A stretch of 64,000 nt of DNA from Endomicrobiia bacterium (GCA_039630545.1 JBCNUU010000003.1:130679-194678), one strand, 5' to 3'. Counted from the stretch's first letter, positions 40,343 to 51,140 are shown. The notes: generated from the letters alone by a model not told the origin. A program made the numbers and translations.

Positions 40343-41299
40343 ATGAAATTAAATGAGTTATACAATTCTATAATAGAAATTGGAATAAAAAATGATCCCA
40401 GAGGAGAAGAAGAGGTAAAAGATCTACTGAAAAAAGAAAAACAAAAATATGAAAAACTTTCTGAAAAAGAAAAAAAATTCTATGATATAGAAAAACTTAA
40501 AAATCCGTATAATGATACAAGAATCCTGTATGGAGATAAAGACACAGATGTTAAGTCTGTGATGGTAGGAATAGATATAGAAGCTCCTGAAGTGTTGTTG
40601 ACAGAAATACTTTCTCAACGAGGAAAAAAAATAGATTTAATTTTATCTCATCACCCAGAAGGAGTTGGTTATAGAAATTTTTATGAAGTGATGGGGATGC
40701 AAGCTGATATTTTGAGTAAATTTGGAGTACCTATAAACATCGCAGAAGGTATTATGGAACCCAGGATGAAAGAAGTTCAAAGAAAACTTCTTCCTTTAAA
40801 TCACACCAGAGCTGTAGATGTTGCAAGTTTATTAAACATTCCATTTTTGTGTTGTCATACTCCTGCTGATAACTGTGTGGCTACTTATTTACAAAAACTC
40901 TTTGATAAAAGGAATCCAAAATATCTTCAAGATGTGGTGGATATATTATTAGAATTACCAGAATACGAAGATGCAGCAAAACTTGGTAGCGGACCAATTA
41001 TTCTTAATGGCACCAAGGATAGAAAGGCAGGTAAAATTTTTGTTGATATGACAGGAGGAACAGAGGGTTCTACAGAGGTTTTTGAAAAGTTAGCAATTGC
41101 TAAGGTAAGCACAATAGTGGCGATGCATCTAAGTGAAGAACATTACAAAAATGCGCAGAAATACTATATAAATGTGATAATTGCAGGTCATATTGCTTCT
41201 GACAATTTAGGAATGAACTTATTGTTAGATGTTGTGGAAAAGAAATTTCACGAGTTGGAAACGATTTGTGTTTCTGGATTTAAAAGATATAGGCATTGA
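40343..41299 (+). CDS. NIF3-like (NGG1p-interacting factor 3) metal-binding protein
   Basis: GID, SHHP, CHTPADN, MH, AGHIASDNLG motifs. Confidence 0.8.
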   Translation: MKLNELYNSIIEIGIKNDPRGEEEVKDLLKKEKQKYEKLSEKEKKFYDIEKLKNPYNDTRILYGDKDTDVKSVMVGIDIEAPEVLLTEILSQRGKKIDLILSHHPEGVGYRNFYEVMGMQADILSKFGVPINIAEGIMEPRMKEVQRKLLPLNHTRAVDVASLLNIPFLCCHTPADNCVATYLQKLFDKRNPKYLQDVVDILLELPEYEDAAKLGSGPIILNGTKDRKAGKIFVDMTGGTEGSTEVFEKLAIAKVSTIVAMHLSEEHYKNAQKYYINVIIAGHIASDNLGMNLLLDVVEKKFHELETICVSGFKRYRH

Positions 41300-41304
41300 A
41301 ACTT

Positions 41305-43113
41305 ATGATAAAACCAGAAAGTATAAAGAAATTAAAAGAAAGTATTGAGATATTAGAAGTAGTAAGTAGATATTTACCTAATTTGAAACGTAGTGGTAAA
41401 AATTACTTTGCTTTATGTCCTTTTCATAGTGAAAGAACACCCTCATTTTCTATTGCGCCAGACAAAAATTTAATTCATTGTTTTGGATGCGGTTATACAG
41501 CAGATATAATAAAGTTTGTTCAAGATATGGAGCATATTAACTATTACCAGGCAGTAGAGAGAATAGCCTCTTATATAAATTTTAAGTTAGAATATGCAGA
41601 TACCGAAGAGTATAAGAAATTTGAAGAGAAACAAAAAGAGATCAATGTTATTACAGAACTGCTAACAGATGTTTGTGATGTTTATCATGATCTTCTTTTA
41701 AATTCAGATTTAGGGTTATTTGCCAGAAACTACTTGGTAGCTAGAGGGATAAAACTGGACACTATTAAAGAATTCAAAATTGGTTTTGCACCGGATGGGA
41801 ACTATATTTCTAAAAATTTTGATAAAATTCATAAGTTTAGACAAAAAGGATACGATTTGTCAACTTTTTATAAAGCAGGAATAATAAATTTTAAACAAGA
41901 CCAACAAAATCCGTTAGGAAAATATGATCATCCTTATGATTATTTTAGAAATAGGATAATTTTCCCTATATTTAATTTCAATGGAAAAGTTATAGGTTTC
42001 GGAGGTAGGATTCTTCCAGAAGGTTTAACTGATAAAGATATACCTGTGTATTTAAATTCTCCTGAAACAGTAGTGTTTAATAAAAGAAAATCTCTTTATG
42101 GGTTGTATCAAGCAAGAGAGTATATAAAGAAAGAAAGAAGTGTATATTTGGTAGAGGGATATATGGATGTGTTGTTGCTATTTCAAGAGGGAATAAAACC
42201 AGTGGTAGCTCCTTTAGGAACCGCTTTAACAGAGGAACAAGTGATGCTCCTTAAGAGATTTCCATTGAAAACAATATATTTGATGTTTGATCCTGACGAA
42301 GCCGGAGTTGAGGCTACATTTTCAGCAGCAAAAACGATTTTTAGTGCAGGTGAGTATCCCTATGTTGTAGCTTTAGATGAGAAAATAGATCCTGATGAAT
42401 ATATTTTGAAATATGGAAAAGAAAAGATAGAATTTTTAATTCAAAATTCTGTTTCAGTTATTAAGTTTATTGCTGATAAATACAAGGTAGCTAAAACATT
42501 CTCTGTATCCGATAAAGTTTCTTTACTGAAAAAGTTTACAGAGCTTATAAATGTAATTTCTGATCCTGTAGTTAAATCAGAAGTAATCAAGGAAGTTTCT
42601 AATGAGCTTAAAATTGATGAAAATGTTGTTCGTTCTTATCAAAAAAAACATTTTCAAAAAAAAGATGAAGTGATTTCATTTGAACAATTGATTAATAATC
42701 GTCCCTACAGTTGTGAAGAAGAACTTTTAAGAATATGTGTACATTATCCAGAGTTTATAAATAAAATCGATGAAGAGATTTTTTCTCATAATGAGAAGTA
42801 TCTAGATATATTTAAAAAATTAAAGTCCATATATTTAGTTTCAAATGACATAAATGAGATTTTATCACACTTAGATGAATCTGGCAAAAATTTAATTTTA
42901 AGAATTGCATTTGATGAAAAACCGGATAGTAGTTGTCTTGAAGAAAAATATGAGATTTTATGTTCAGAAATATTAAAGGTGAAATATAAAAACAAATATG
43001 AAACATTAAAGTCAATTGTAAAAGAAATGTTAGACGGAAAACAGAGTTTTAATCTTCATGTTTTTAATGAATTTAAGCAAGTTATAGAAATTTTAAAAGT
43101 TCAAAATAAATAA
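41305..43113 (+). CDS. dnaG: DNA primase
   Basis: CPFH..RTPSF...HCFGCG zinc finger, FRNRIIFPI, GFGGR, YLNSPET, VEGYMDV, FDPDEAG. Confidence 0.96.
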   Translation: MIKPESIKKLKESIEILEVVSRYLPNLKRSGKNYFALCPFHSERTPSFSIAPDKNLIHCFGCGYTADIIKFVQDMEHINYYQAVERIASYINFKLEYADTEEYKKFEEKQKEINVITELLTDVCDVYHDLLLNSDLGLFARNYLVARGIKLDTIKEFKIGFAPDGNYISKNFDKIHKFRQKGYDLSTFYKAGIINFKQDQQNPLGKYDHPYDYFRNRIIFPIFNFNGKVIGFGGRILPEGLTDKDIPVYLNSPETVVFNKRKSLYGLYQAREYIKKERSVYLVEGYMDVLLLFQEGIKPVVAPLGTALTEEQVMLLKRFPLKTIYLMFDPDEAGVEATFSAAKTIFSAGEYPYVVALDEKIDPDEYILKYGKEKIEFLIQNSVSVIKFIADKYKVAKTFSVSDKVSLLKKFTELINVISDPVVKSEVIKEVSNELKIDENVVRSYQKKHFQKKDEVISFEQLINNRPYSCEEELLRICVHYPEFINKIDEEIFSHNEKYLDIFKKLKSIYLVSNDINEILSHLDESGKNLILRIAFDEKPDSSCLEEKYEILCSEILKVKYKNKYETLKSIVKEMLDGKQSFNLHVFNEFKQVIEILKVQNK

Positions 43114-43119
43114 AAAACT

Positions 43120-44838
43120 ATGAATGAAAAAGATAAAATAATAAAAAGATTAGTAGAACAAGCTAAAAAGTATGGTTATTTAACCTATGATGAGATAAAT
43201 AAAACATTTGATGAGTACGAAATAGAAATTGACAAAGAAGAGATGGATGACTTTGTTGAGATGTTAAATGGAATTGGTGTAAAGATTATAGATGTTAAAA
43301 AGTCAAAAAAATTATTTAGAGATGTATATTTTACTCAAGAGGATTTAAGCGAAGAAGAGACAATAAAATTATTTATAAATGAAGTAAGTAAAATAGAACC
43401 AATTGATAGGAAAAAAGAGATAGAAATTGCTAAAAGCATAAGAGCAAAAGAGATGGAGTTACTTATGTTGGTTTTGAGTTCTACTATAGCTTTGCGAGAA
43501 ATAAACAACTGGGTTTTATTAGTAAAAAAGAACGAAATGTCACTTAAAGATCTTATGAAAAGAGGTAGAAAATCAAAGTCAGCTCTGCGTAAAATGAGGA
43601 AAAAGTTGATTTCTTCAATAAGAGCTGTAAACAAAATTGCTGAAAAAATTTTGATGCTTCGGAAAAAATTAAATTCAGAGAAAAAAAATTCTTTAGCGTT
43701 GAAATACAACAAACAGATAGAAAAACTGAAAACAAAAATAGCTAATAAAATAATCTCTTTAGAATTAAACAGTGAAAGAATAAAACGTCTAATTAAAAGA
43801 ACGAAAAATATAACAGAAAAGGTTATTCAACTAATAGAAGAAATAAAAAGATATCAAAAAATGTTTCCTATTAGCTTAAAAAATGTAATAAGCTTACACA
43901 GAAAGTACAAATTACATAAAGTCTCTTCTAAAGAATTTGAAAGAATAGTAGGATATACTCCACAAGCAACAGAAACAATTTTAGAAAATTATCATAAAGT
44001 TTATTATAAACTTCAACATTATAAAAAAGAAATAAATATGTCAGAAGAAGAGATAATTCAGTTAGATTTACAAATCAACCAGTTAAATCAGTCTATAGAA
44101 GAAGAAAAAATGAAACTGATTCAAGCAAATTTAAGCTTAGTTACTACTTTTGCTAAGAAATTTGCTATGTTGACTGGTGCTGATGTAAATGATTTAGTTC
44201 AGGAAGGAGCAACAGGACTTGCAAAAGCAGCTGAAAAATTTGAATGGAAAAAAGGTTATAAGTTCTCCACTTATGCTCATTGGTGGATAAGACAGGCGAT
44301 AAGTAGATATATGGCTGATTATACCAAGACGATAAGGTTGCCTGTTCATATAAGAGAACTTGTTTCAAAAATGATAAAAGTTCATAAAAAAATACAAAAT
44401 AAATTCTCTTTGGAGCCTTTTGTTTCAATTGAAGAATACGCTCGTGTGCTTAAAGTTCCGCCTAAAAAAATAATTGATACTTTAACAGTGCTTATTGAGC
44501 CAATTTCTTCGCATGCTCCTAAAGGACAAAATGAAGATGCTACCATACAGGATTTTATTCCTTCTTTAGACAATGAAATACCGTTTAATTATCTTTTACA
44601 AAATTATAAACGAGAAATTTTAGAAAAAGCTATGGATAAATTTTTAGATGAAAGAGAAAAAGCCATATTAAAGTTAAGATATGGTTTTAATGGTAAAGAA
44701 TATACATTAGAAGAAGTTGGAAAAATGTTTAATATCACAAGAGAACGTGTAAGACAAATAGAAGCTAAAGCCATAAGAAAACTTCGTTCACCAGAAGCTT
44801 TAGAAATGTTGAAAGAGATTTATCCAGTGAGAGATTAA
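43120..44838 (+). CDS. rpoD: Primary RNA polymerase sigma factor (sigma70) with large non-conserved region
   Basis: Region 1.1 GYLTYDEIN, region 2 DLVQEG...KFSTYAHWWIRQAI, region 4 TLEEVGKMFNITRERVRQIEAKAIRKL; follows dnaG. Confidence 0.9.
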   Translation: MNEKDKIIKRLVEQAKKYGYLTYDEINKTFDEYEIEIDKEEMDDFVEMLNGIGVKIIDVKKSKKLFRDVYFTQEDLSEEETIKLFINEVSKIEPIDRKKEIEIAKSIRAKEMELLMLVLSSTIALREINNWVLLVKKNEMSLKDLMKRGRKSKSALRKMRKKLISSIRAVNKIAEKILMLRKKLNSEKKNSLALKYNKQIEKLKTKIANKIISLELNSERIKRLIKRTKNITEKVIQLIEEIKRYQKMFPISLKNVISLHRKYKLHKVSSKEFERIVGYTPQATETILENYHKVYYKLQHYKKEINMSEEEIIQLDLQINQLNQSIEEEKMKLIQANLSLVTTFAKKFAMLTGADVNDLVQEGATGLAKAAEKFEWKKGYKFSTYAHWWIRQAISRYMADYTKTIRLPVHIRELVSKMIKVHKKIQNKFSLEPFVSIEEYARVLKVPPKKIIDTLTVLIEPISSHAPKGQNEDATIQDFIPSLDNEIPFNYLLQNYKREILEKAMDKFLDEREKAILKLRYGFNGKEYTLEEVGKMFNITRERVRQIEAKAIRKLRSPEALEMLKEIYPVRD

Positions 44839-44875
44839 AATTAAATGTTGAATAAATAAATTTATTTTTATATTA

Positions 44876-44917
44876 AAATAAAAATATTTAAATTCTAAAT
44901 AAAAATATTTAAATTCT
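44876..44917. repeat. Perfect 21-nt tandem duplication (AAATAAAAATATTTAAATTCT x2)
   Basis: Copies at 44876-44896 and 44897-44917 in the rplT leader. Confidence 0.85.
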
Positions 44918-44935
44918 TGAAAAAAGGAGAAATAA

Positions 44936-45316
44936 ATGAGAGTAAAAACAGGAGCATATACTAGAAGAAGAAAAAAAGATTATTTTAAACTGGCAAAAGG
45001 ATACTATGCAAAACTTGGTAGTGCTTACAGACAGGTAAAACAGCAGGTTATTCGTTCTTTAAAGTTTCAGTATGTTCACAGGAAAGACAGGAAAGGAGTA
45101 TTTAGAAGACTATGGATTACAAGAATAAATGCTGCTGTTAGACAGTTGGGTTTAAAGTATAGTGAGTTTATAAATTTACTTAAAAAAGCCAACATTATTT
45201 TAGACAGAAAAGTTCTTGCTTATTTTGCTGCAGAAGAACCAGAAACTTTTAGATATATTGTTGAGTTTGTAAAAAATTTTTCTAATAAAAATTCAACCCA
45301 AAAAGTCCCATCGTGA
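44936..45316 (+). CDS. rplT: 50S ribosomal protein L20
   Basis: [33 protein letters not shown]. Confidence 0.96.
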   Translation: MRVKTGAYTRRRKKDYFKLAKGYYAKLGSAYRQVKQQVIRSLKFQYVHRKDRKGVFRRLWITRINAAVRQLGLKYSEFINLLKKANIILDRKVLAYFAAEEPETFRYIVEFVKNFSNKNSTQKVPS

Positions 45317-45352
45317 GATAGTTTTCAGGAACTTTTCATGTAATGATTAATT

Positions 45353-46675
45353 ATGAACTCATATTCTTATAAATTTATTATATTATTTTTTGCGATTGTT
45401 ATTTTTTTAGGAACGATTTTGTTATCTTTGCCTATGATGTATAAAAATAAAATTTCTTTCATAGATATATTATTTACAGCTACATCCGCAGTATGTGTTA
45501 CTGGATTGTCAGTTGTTAACATATCTGAAAAGTTTAGTTTTTTAGGGCAATTTGTGATATTGATGTTAATACAGATAGGTGGATTAGGATATATGGTTCT
45601 GGGAAGTTTAGCGATGGTTTTGTTTGGAAAATTAACTATTGCTCAAAAAAATATAATTAGTGAATCTCTTAATATAACAGAGTTTAGAACAATTTCTCAA
45701 ATCACAAAATTAATGAAGAAGGTGGTAATTTTAACAGTTATTTTCGAACTAATAGGTTGTGTGATTTTATTCATAAAATTTTATCTATTAGATAAATTCT
45801 CGTTTTTTAAGGGGATATGGTTTGCTTTATTTCATTCGGTAAGTGCATTTTGTAATGCAGGTTTTAGTTTATTTTCTAATAGTTTTGAAAATTATAAGGG
45901 AGATTTTATTATAAACACAATTATTCCATTTTTGATTATTTCTGGAGGTTTGGGTTTTTTTGTATGGGTTGATATATTAGACAAATTGCGTAAAAAAAAG
46001 AGAGAGAGTTTATTTCTTCATACAAAAATTGTTTTAATTTCTACATTTACTCTTTTGTTATCTGGTTTTATTTTAATTTTTTTATTAAATAATTATATTT
46101 ATACTATAAACAATTTTCTTTTAAAGGAAAAAATTTTTGTAAGTTTTTTCCATTCTGTAACTACAAGAACAGCAGGATTCAATACATTTTCTGTTAGTCA
46201 ATTTTCGACCCTTACAATTATTATATTTATAATTTTTATGTTTATAGGAGCATCTCCAGGAGGAACAGGTGGTGGAATAAAAACTACGACTTTTTTTGTT
46301 ATAGTAAAAAGCATATATGACTACATAAGAGGAGAAAAATATGTAAGCTGTTTTAAAAGAACTATAGAAATATCAAATGTTTTAAAAAGTTTTGTGATTT
46401 TCTGCGTATGTTTATTTTGGGTTATTTTTATTTCTTTTTTAATGTATTTAACTAGTGATTTTTCCTATAAAGAAGTAATCTTTGAGACAGTTTCTGCTTT
46501 TGGAACTGTAGGGTTATCTTTAGGTATTACCCCACAACTTGATAATTATAGTAAAATTTTATTAATAATAACTATGTTATTTGGAAGGGTTGGGAGTCTT
46601 GCTTTTTTTTCTATATTGTTTACGAAAGAGCCAAAAGAAATAAGATATTTAGAAGAGCCAATTTCTGTAGGGTAA
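45353..46675 (+). CDS. Ktr/Trk potassium uptake membrane subunit (KtrB/TrkH family)
   Basis: TATSAVCVTGL, SAFCNAGF, RTAGF, FIGASPGGTGGGIKTTT, SAFGTVGLS. Confidence 0.93.
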   Translation: MNSYSYKFIILFFAIVIFLGTILLSLPMMYKNKISFIDILFTATSAVCVTGLSVVNISEKFSFLGQFVILMLIQIGGLGYMVLGSLAMVLFGKLTIAQKNIISESLNITEFRTISQITKLMKKVVILTVIFELIGCVILFIKFYLLDKFSFFKGIWFALFHSVSAFCNAGFSLFSNSFENYKGDFIINTIIPFLIISGGLGFFVWVDILDKLRKKKRESLFLHTKIVLISTFTLLLSGFILIFLLNNYIYTINNFLLKEKIFVSFFHSVTTRTAGFNTFSVSQFSTLTIIIFIIFMFIGASPGGTGGGIKTTTFFVIVKSIYDYIRGEKYVSCFKRTIEISNVLKSFVIFCVCLFWVIFISFLMYLTSDFSYKEVIFETVSAFGTVGLSLGITPQLDNYSKILLIITMLFGRVGSLAFFSILFTKEPKEIRYLEEPISVG

Positions 46676-46681
46676 ATATTT

Positions 46682-47389
46682 ATGGCAAACCATAAACCAA
46701 AAACATTTGTAGTAATAGGATTGGGTGTATTTGGAAGCTATGTGGTTAAATATTTATCCAAATATGGTGCAGAAATAATAGGGATAGATAAAGATGAAAA
46801 AAAAGTTGAAGAACTTAAGGAATATTTAAAGGTTCCAATTGTAGGTGACGCCACAGAAATAAAACAACTTGAAGATGCTGGTGTTTCACCTAAAGATGTG
46901 GATGTAGTTATAGTTGCTGTAGGTGAAAGTGTAGAGGAGAATTTATATATAACTCTGCTACTTAAAGAACTTGATATTAAAAAAATAGTAGCAAGAGCAT
47001 TAAATACTCAACATGCCAAGATACTTGCTAAGATAGGAGTTGACAAAATTGTATTTCCGGAATCAATGGCTGCTGAGAATTTAATAAACAGTTTACTTTC
47101 ACCATCTATTCTGGAACATTTTAGCTTATCAGATGAATACAGTATTGTGGAGGTTATTGCTAGAAAAGAATTTTTTAACAAAACCCTTCAAGAGACAGGT
47201 TTAAGGAATAAATATAAAGTTACTGTTTTGGGGATAAGAAGGAAGTCCACAATAATAAACGAATCAGGTGAAACAGATTTTAAAGATGACATTTTATTCT
47301 TGCCAGGGCCAGAAGAAAAAATTCTTCAAGGAGATGTTTTGATAATTATTGGCAAAAACACAGATATTGAGAAGTTTAAAAAAGAATGA
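46682..47389 (+). CDS. Ktr/Trk potassium uptake RCK subunit (KtrA/TrkA family)
   Basis: VIGLGVFG Rossmann motif, GDAT, VFPE, RCK C-terminal domain. Confidence 0.93.
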   Translation: MANHKPKTFVVIGLGVFGSYVVKYLSKYGAEIIGIDKDEKKVEELKEYLKVPIVGDATEIKQLEDAGVSPKDVDVVIVAVGESVEENLYITLLLKELDIKKIVARALNTQHAKILAKIGVDKIVFPESMAAENLINSLLSPSILEHFSLSDEYSIVEVIARKEFFNKTLQETGLRNKYKVTVLGIRRKSTIINESGETDFKDDILFLPGPEEKILQGDVLIIIGKNTDIEKFKKE

Positions 47390-47664
47390 AAGAAAAACTT
47401 AAAGAAGAACTTTTTGAAACAGGAAAATTCTATCTTATCAACAATAGATATGATGAAGCATTAAAAATTTTTGAACAACTTTACAAAGAGAATAAAAATG
47501 ATCCAGAAATCTTATATCACATAGGATTAGTAAAAGAAGCACAAAATGAAATAGAAGAAGCAAAAGATATATTTCTTAAAGTATTAGAATTACAACCGAA
47601 ACATAAGCTGGCTAAAAAACACTTAGATAAACTTCTTGGCATAAATGATGAAGAATCTGAATGA
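47386..47664 (+). CDS. Small TPR protein
   Basis: Two TPR-like units (G..Y....YDEA...F; YHIGLV...A...F..VLELQP.H..A). Confidence 0.8.
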   Translation: MKEKLKEELFETGKFYLINNRYDEALKIFEQLYKENKNDPEILYHIGLVKEAQNEIEEAKDIFLKVLELQPKHKLAKKHLDKLLGINDEESE

Positions 47665-48694
47665 AGAATATATTGAAAAGTTAACACAACAATGTTTAGA
47701 GGAAATAAACAATGCTACATCTTTACAACAGCTTGAATCTATAAGAGTAAAATATATTGGCCGCAAAGGCGAATTAAGAAAATTTTTTGAGGAACTTCAT
47801 AACTTAGATTTAGAAAAAAAAAGACAAATTGGTTCTCTTCTTAACACATCTATAAGACATATTGAAGAAGAACTTAAAAGTAAAATTACAAAGTTTAAGT
47901 CTTCTTTAACAGATTCTTTTAAAGGTGAGTTTGCTAATCTGGAGATTACATTACCTGGTGTTAAGTTTTCATTGGGGTGTCTTCATCCATTAAATAAAAT
48001 ATACAAAGAAATTATTCAAATATTTTTAAACTTAGGGTTTAACATAGAAGAAGGCCCAGAAGTTGAGAAGGAAGAATATAATTTTACGCTATTAAATATT
48101 CCTGCAGATCATCCCGCAAGGGATATGCAGGATACTTTATACCTATTAGATGAGTTTGAAGAAAAACTTTTACTTAGAACTCATACATCTCCTGTTCAAA
48201 TAAGGGTAATGCTTTCTAAAAAACCTCCTATAAAGTCGATAATGCCAGGAAGAGTTTATCGGCATGAAAACCTGGATGCTTCACATCTTTTTAACTTTCA
48301 TCAAGTAGAAGGTCTTATGGTGGATAAGGGAGTAAAACTTTCTGATCTCAAAGGTGTGTTAACTTTTTTTGCTAAGAAAATTTTTGGAGAAAATATTCAA
48401 AGTAGATTTAGACAGTCATACTTTCCATTTACAGAACCATCACTTGAAATGGATATTCAGTGTCTTGTTTGTAGAGGTGAGGGCTGCAGTGTATGTAAAA
48501 ATAGTGGGTTTGTAGAAATTTTAGGATGTGGAATGGTTCATCCAAAGGTTTTGGAAAATGTAGGAATAGATTACACCAAATACACAGGTTTTGCTTTCGG
48601 TTTAGGAGTTGAAAGAATAGCTATGCTTAAATACAAAATAGACGATATAAGACTGTTTTATGAGAATGACTTAAGATTTATAAGACAATTTTAA
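47645..48694 (+). CDS. pheS: Phenylalanine--tRNA ligase alpha subunit
   Basis: HPARDMQDT, LRTHTSPVQ, FHQVEG, YFPFTEPS, GFAFGLGVER. Confidence 0.97.
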   Translation: MMKNLNEEYIEKLTQQCLEEINNATSLQQLESIRVKYIGRKGELRKFFEELHNLDLEKKRQIGSLLNTSIRHIEEELKSKITKFKSSLTDSFKGEFANLEITLPGVKFSLGCLHPLNKIYKEIIQIFLNLGFNIEEGPEVEKEEYNFTLLNIPADHPARDMQDTLYLLDEFEEKLLLRTHTSPVQIRVMLSKKPPIKSIMPGRVYRHENLDASHLFNFHQVEGLMVDKGVKLSDLKGVLTFFAKKIFGENIQSRFRQSYFPFTEPSLEMDIQCLVCRGEGCSVCKNSGFVEILGCGMVHPKVLENVGIDYTKYTGFAFGLGVERIAMLKYKIDDIRLFYENDLRFIRQF

Positions 48695-48700
48695 GACTCT

Positions 48701-51136
48701 ATGAAACTCTCATTAAATTGGCTTAAAGAGTTAATTGGTAGACAAAACAATATTACTGATCAAGACATAATAGATGCTCTTCCGCAGCTTGGATATGAAG
48801 TTGAAGGTATTTACAAATTTGATAAAGAAGTCCTTTCCAATATAAAAGTAGTTAAAATTCTCAAAGTAGAAAAACATCCCAACGCTGATAAGCTTTCTTT
48901 GTGTGAAGTCACAGATGGAAAAAACATATACAAAGTAGTATGTGGAGCACCAAATGTAACTCAAAATATGATAGCAGCATATGTACCTGCAGGCGGAATT
49001 ATTGGGGGCGGAGTTGTTGTAAAAAACAAAGAGATTCGTGGAGTAGTTTCTGAGGGTATGCTTTGTTCTGCTAAAGAGTTAAAATTATACGAGGATCATA
49101 GTGGTATTTTAAGTTTAGATGAGAGTTTTCCTTTAGGAGAAACACTAGATAAACATTTAGATGATACAGTAATAGAAATCTCTACTCCTGCAAACAGGTA
49201 TGACTGTCTTGGACATGCAGGAATTGCAAAAGAATTAAAAATAAAATTTAATTTAGAAGTTACAGAACACATAAATCCACTTTCATATCTTGAAAATAAA
49301 AAACTTCCATTTTTTAATGTTAAAATTTCTTCTTATGATTTATGTAAAAGATACATAGCCATTAATATGACTTCAATAAATAATAAAGTTAAACTTCCTT
49401 TTTTTATTAGATTTAGACTAAATATCTTGGGGTTAAGAAGCATAAATCCTTTGGTTGATATCTCAAATTATGTGATGCTTGAGGTGGGTCACTCCATTCA
49501 TATATTTGATGCAAACAAACTTTACGGTGACAAAATTATAATAAGAAATGCTAAAGAGAAAGAAAAGGTTATAGCACTAGATGGTAAAACATATGAGCTT
49601 TCAAGTGATTGTATTGTTATTTCAGACGAGCAGAAACCAATAGCTATCGGTGGAATAATAGGTGCGGAGAATAGTTGCGTAGAGGATGAGACAACAAACA
49701 TAGTAATTGAGTCAGCAGTTTTTAACCAGAGTAAGATACGACTTGCAAGAAAAAATCTTAATATAAACACAGAAGCAAGTTACAGGTTTGAAAGAGGAAG
49801 TAGTTTTTTTTTATGTGAATTAGCAGCAGCAAAAGCATATCAGATGATAGAGAAATACTGTGGGGGTGAAGTTGTAAAATTTGTTGATGAAAAAGATATG
49901 GATTATTATAATGAAATAGTTTCTTTTAATACAAATGGGATAAAAGTAGAGCTAGATTTTTTAGAGTCACTTTTAGGTATAACAGTCGACCCACAAAAAT
50001 TTATAAATATAGTTCAAAATCTTGGAGGAAAAATAAAATTTAATGGAGAAAATATCTTGACCACACGCAGTTTTATAGTAGTTCCTCCGCTTACTCGTCA
50101 GGATATTAAATTTCCAGCTGATATAGCAGAAGAAATAATGAGATTTATTGGTTATGACAAAATACCAGAAACCTTGCCCCATAATATTTTTGAGATCAAA
50201 AACAACGCGGATGTATTAAAAGAAAAAATTGTTACAATTTTAAGTTCAACATCTTTAAATGAAGTGATAAATTATAGTTTGTGTTCTGCTAAGGATAACG
50301 AAGTTGTGCGCAATAATGAAAATTTGAAAATAAAACTTCTTAATCCTGTCTCAAATGACTACTCGGAATTAAGGTTGTCTTTGTTAAGTGGACTTATAAG
50401 AAATTTATTAGTAAATTATAACAATCAAGTGGACACAGAGATAGGGTTATTTGAAATTGGTAAAGTTTTTTATAAAGCCGATAAAAAAACAGTTGAAGAA
50501 GAAAAAGTTGGTATTCTTATTTATGGAAAAAAAGAAATTTTATCATGGAAAAAAATAGTCTTAGAATATGATTTTTATTATGCCATTGGTATTATAGAAA
50601 AACTGTTTGAAAAATTAAACATTAATTATACTAAAAATTTATCGTATAAAAGCTCTAAAGAGTATTTATTACTTAATGAAGAATTTTTAAGTAAAATACT
50701 TTATTTTTTAAACTCTGAAGAAGAAATTATAGGATTTGTTTCAGAACTAAATAAAGAAAAATTTAAATTAAAACTTCCGGGTAGTGTGTTTTATTGTGAA
50801 GTAAGTTTAAATAATTTAAGAAAATCCTTTAAAAAGGATGAGATATTTGATCCTATAGTAAAATTTCCTTGTGTCTTCAGGGATTTATGTATTGTGGTAA
50901 ACAGAGACATATCTTACCAACAGATAATTAAGACGATGTATTCTTGTATAAATAAAGATATTATTTTAGATGTCACTCTTATTGATTACTACCAGAAAGA
51001 AAACTTCTTATCTTTAACCTTTTCTTTAAAATTTCAAAACAAAACTAAAACCTTGACAGATGAGGAAGTGGATTTAATAATTAAAGAAATGCTGGAGAAA
51101 TTAAGCAAATATGACATAAAACTAAGAGAAAAATAA
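48701..51136 (+). CDS. pheT: Phenylalanine--tRNA ligase beta subunit
   Basis: HPNADKL, VVCGAPN, SEGMLCS, VDISNYV, ASYRFERG, DIAEEI, TLTDEEV. Confidence 0.96.
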   Translation: MKLSLNWLKELIGRQNNITDQDIIDALPQLGYEVEGIYKFDKEVLSNIKVVKILKVEKHPNADKLSLCEVTDGKNIYKVVCGAPNVTQNMIAAYVPAGGIIGGGVVVKNKEIRGVVSEGMLCSAKELKLYEDHSGILSLDESFPLGETLDKHLDDTVIEISTPANRYDCLGHAGIAKELKIKFNLEVTEHINPLSYLENKKLPFFNVKISSYDLCKRYIAINMTSINNKVKLPFFIRFRLNILGLRSINPLVDISNYVMLEVGHSIHIFDANKLYGDKIIIRNAKEKEKVIALDGKTYELSSDCIVISDEQKPIAIGGIIGAENSCVEDETTNIVIESAVFNQSKIRLARKNLNINTEASYRFERGSSFFLCELAAAKAYQMIEKYCGGEVVKFVDEKDMDYYNEIVSFNTNGIKVELDFLESLLGITVDPQKFINIVQNLGGKIKFNGENILTTRSFIVVPPLTRQDIKFPADIAEEIMRFIGYDKIPETLPHNIFEIKNNADVLKEKIVTILSSTSLNEVINYSLCSAKDNEVVRNNENLKIKLLNPVSNDYSELRLSLLSGLIRNLLVNYNNQVDTEIGLFEIGKVFYKADKKTVEEEKVGILIYGKKEILSWKKIVLEYDFYYAIGIIEKLFEKLNINYTKNLSYKSSKEYLLLNEEFLSKILYFLNSEEEIIGFVSELNKEKFKLKLPGSVFYCEVSLNNLRKSFKKDEIFDPIVKFPCVFRDLCIVVNRDISYQQIIKTMYSCINKDIILDVTLIDYYQKENFLSLTFSLKFQNKTKTLTDEEVDLIIKEMLEKLSKYDIKLREK

Positions 51137-51140
51137 CTTT

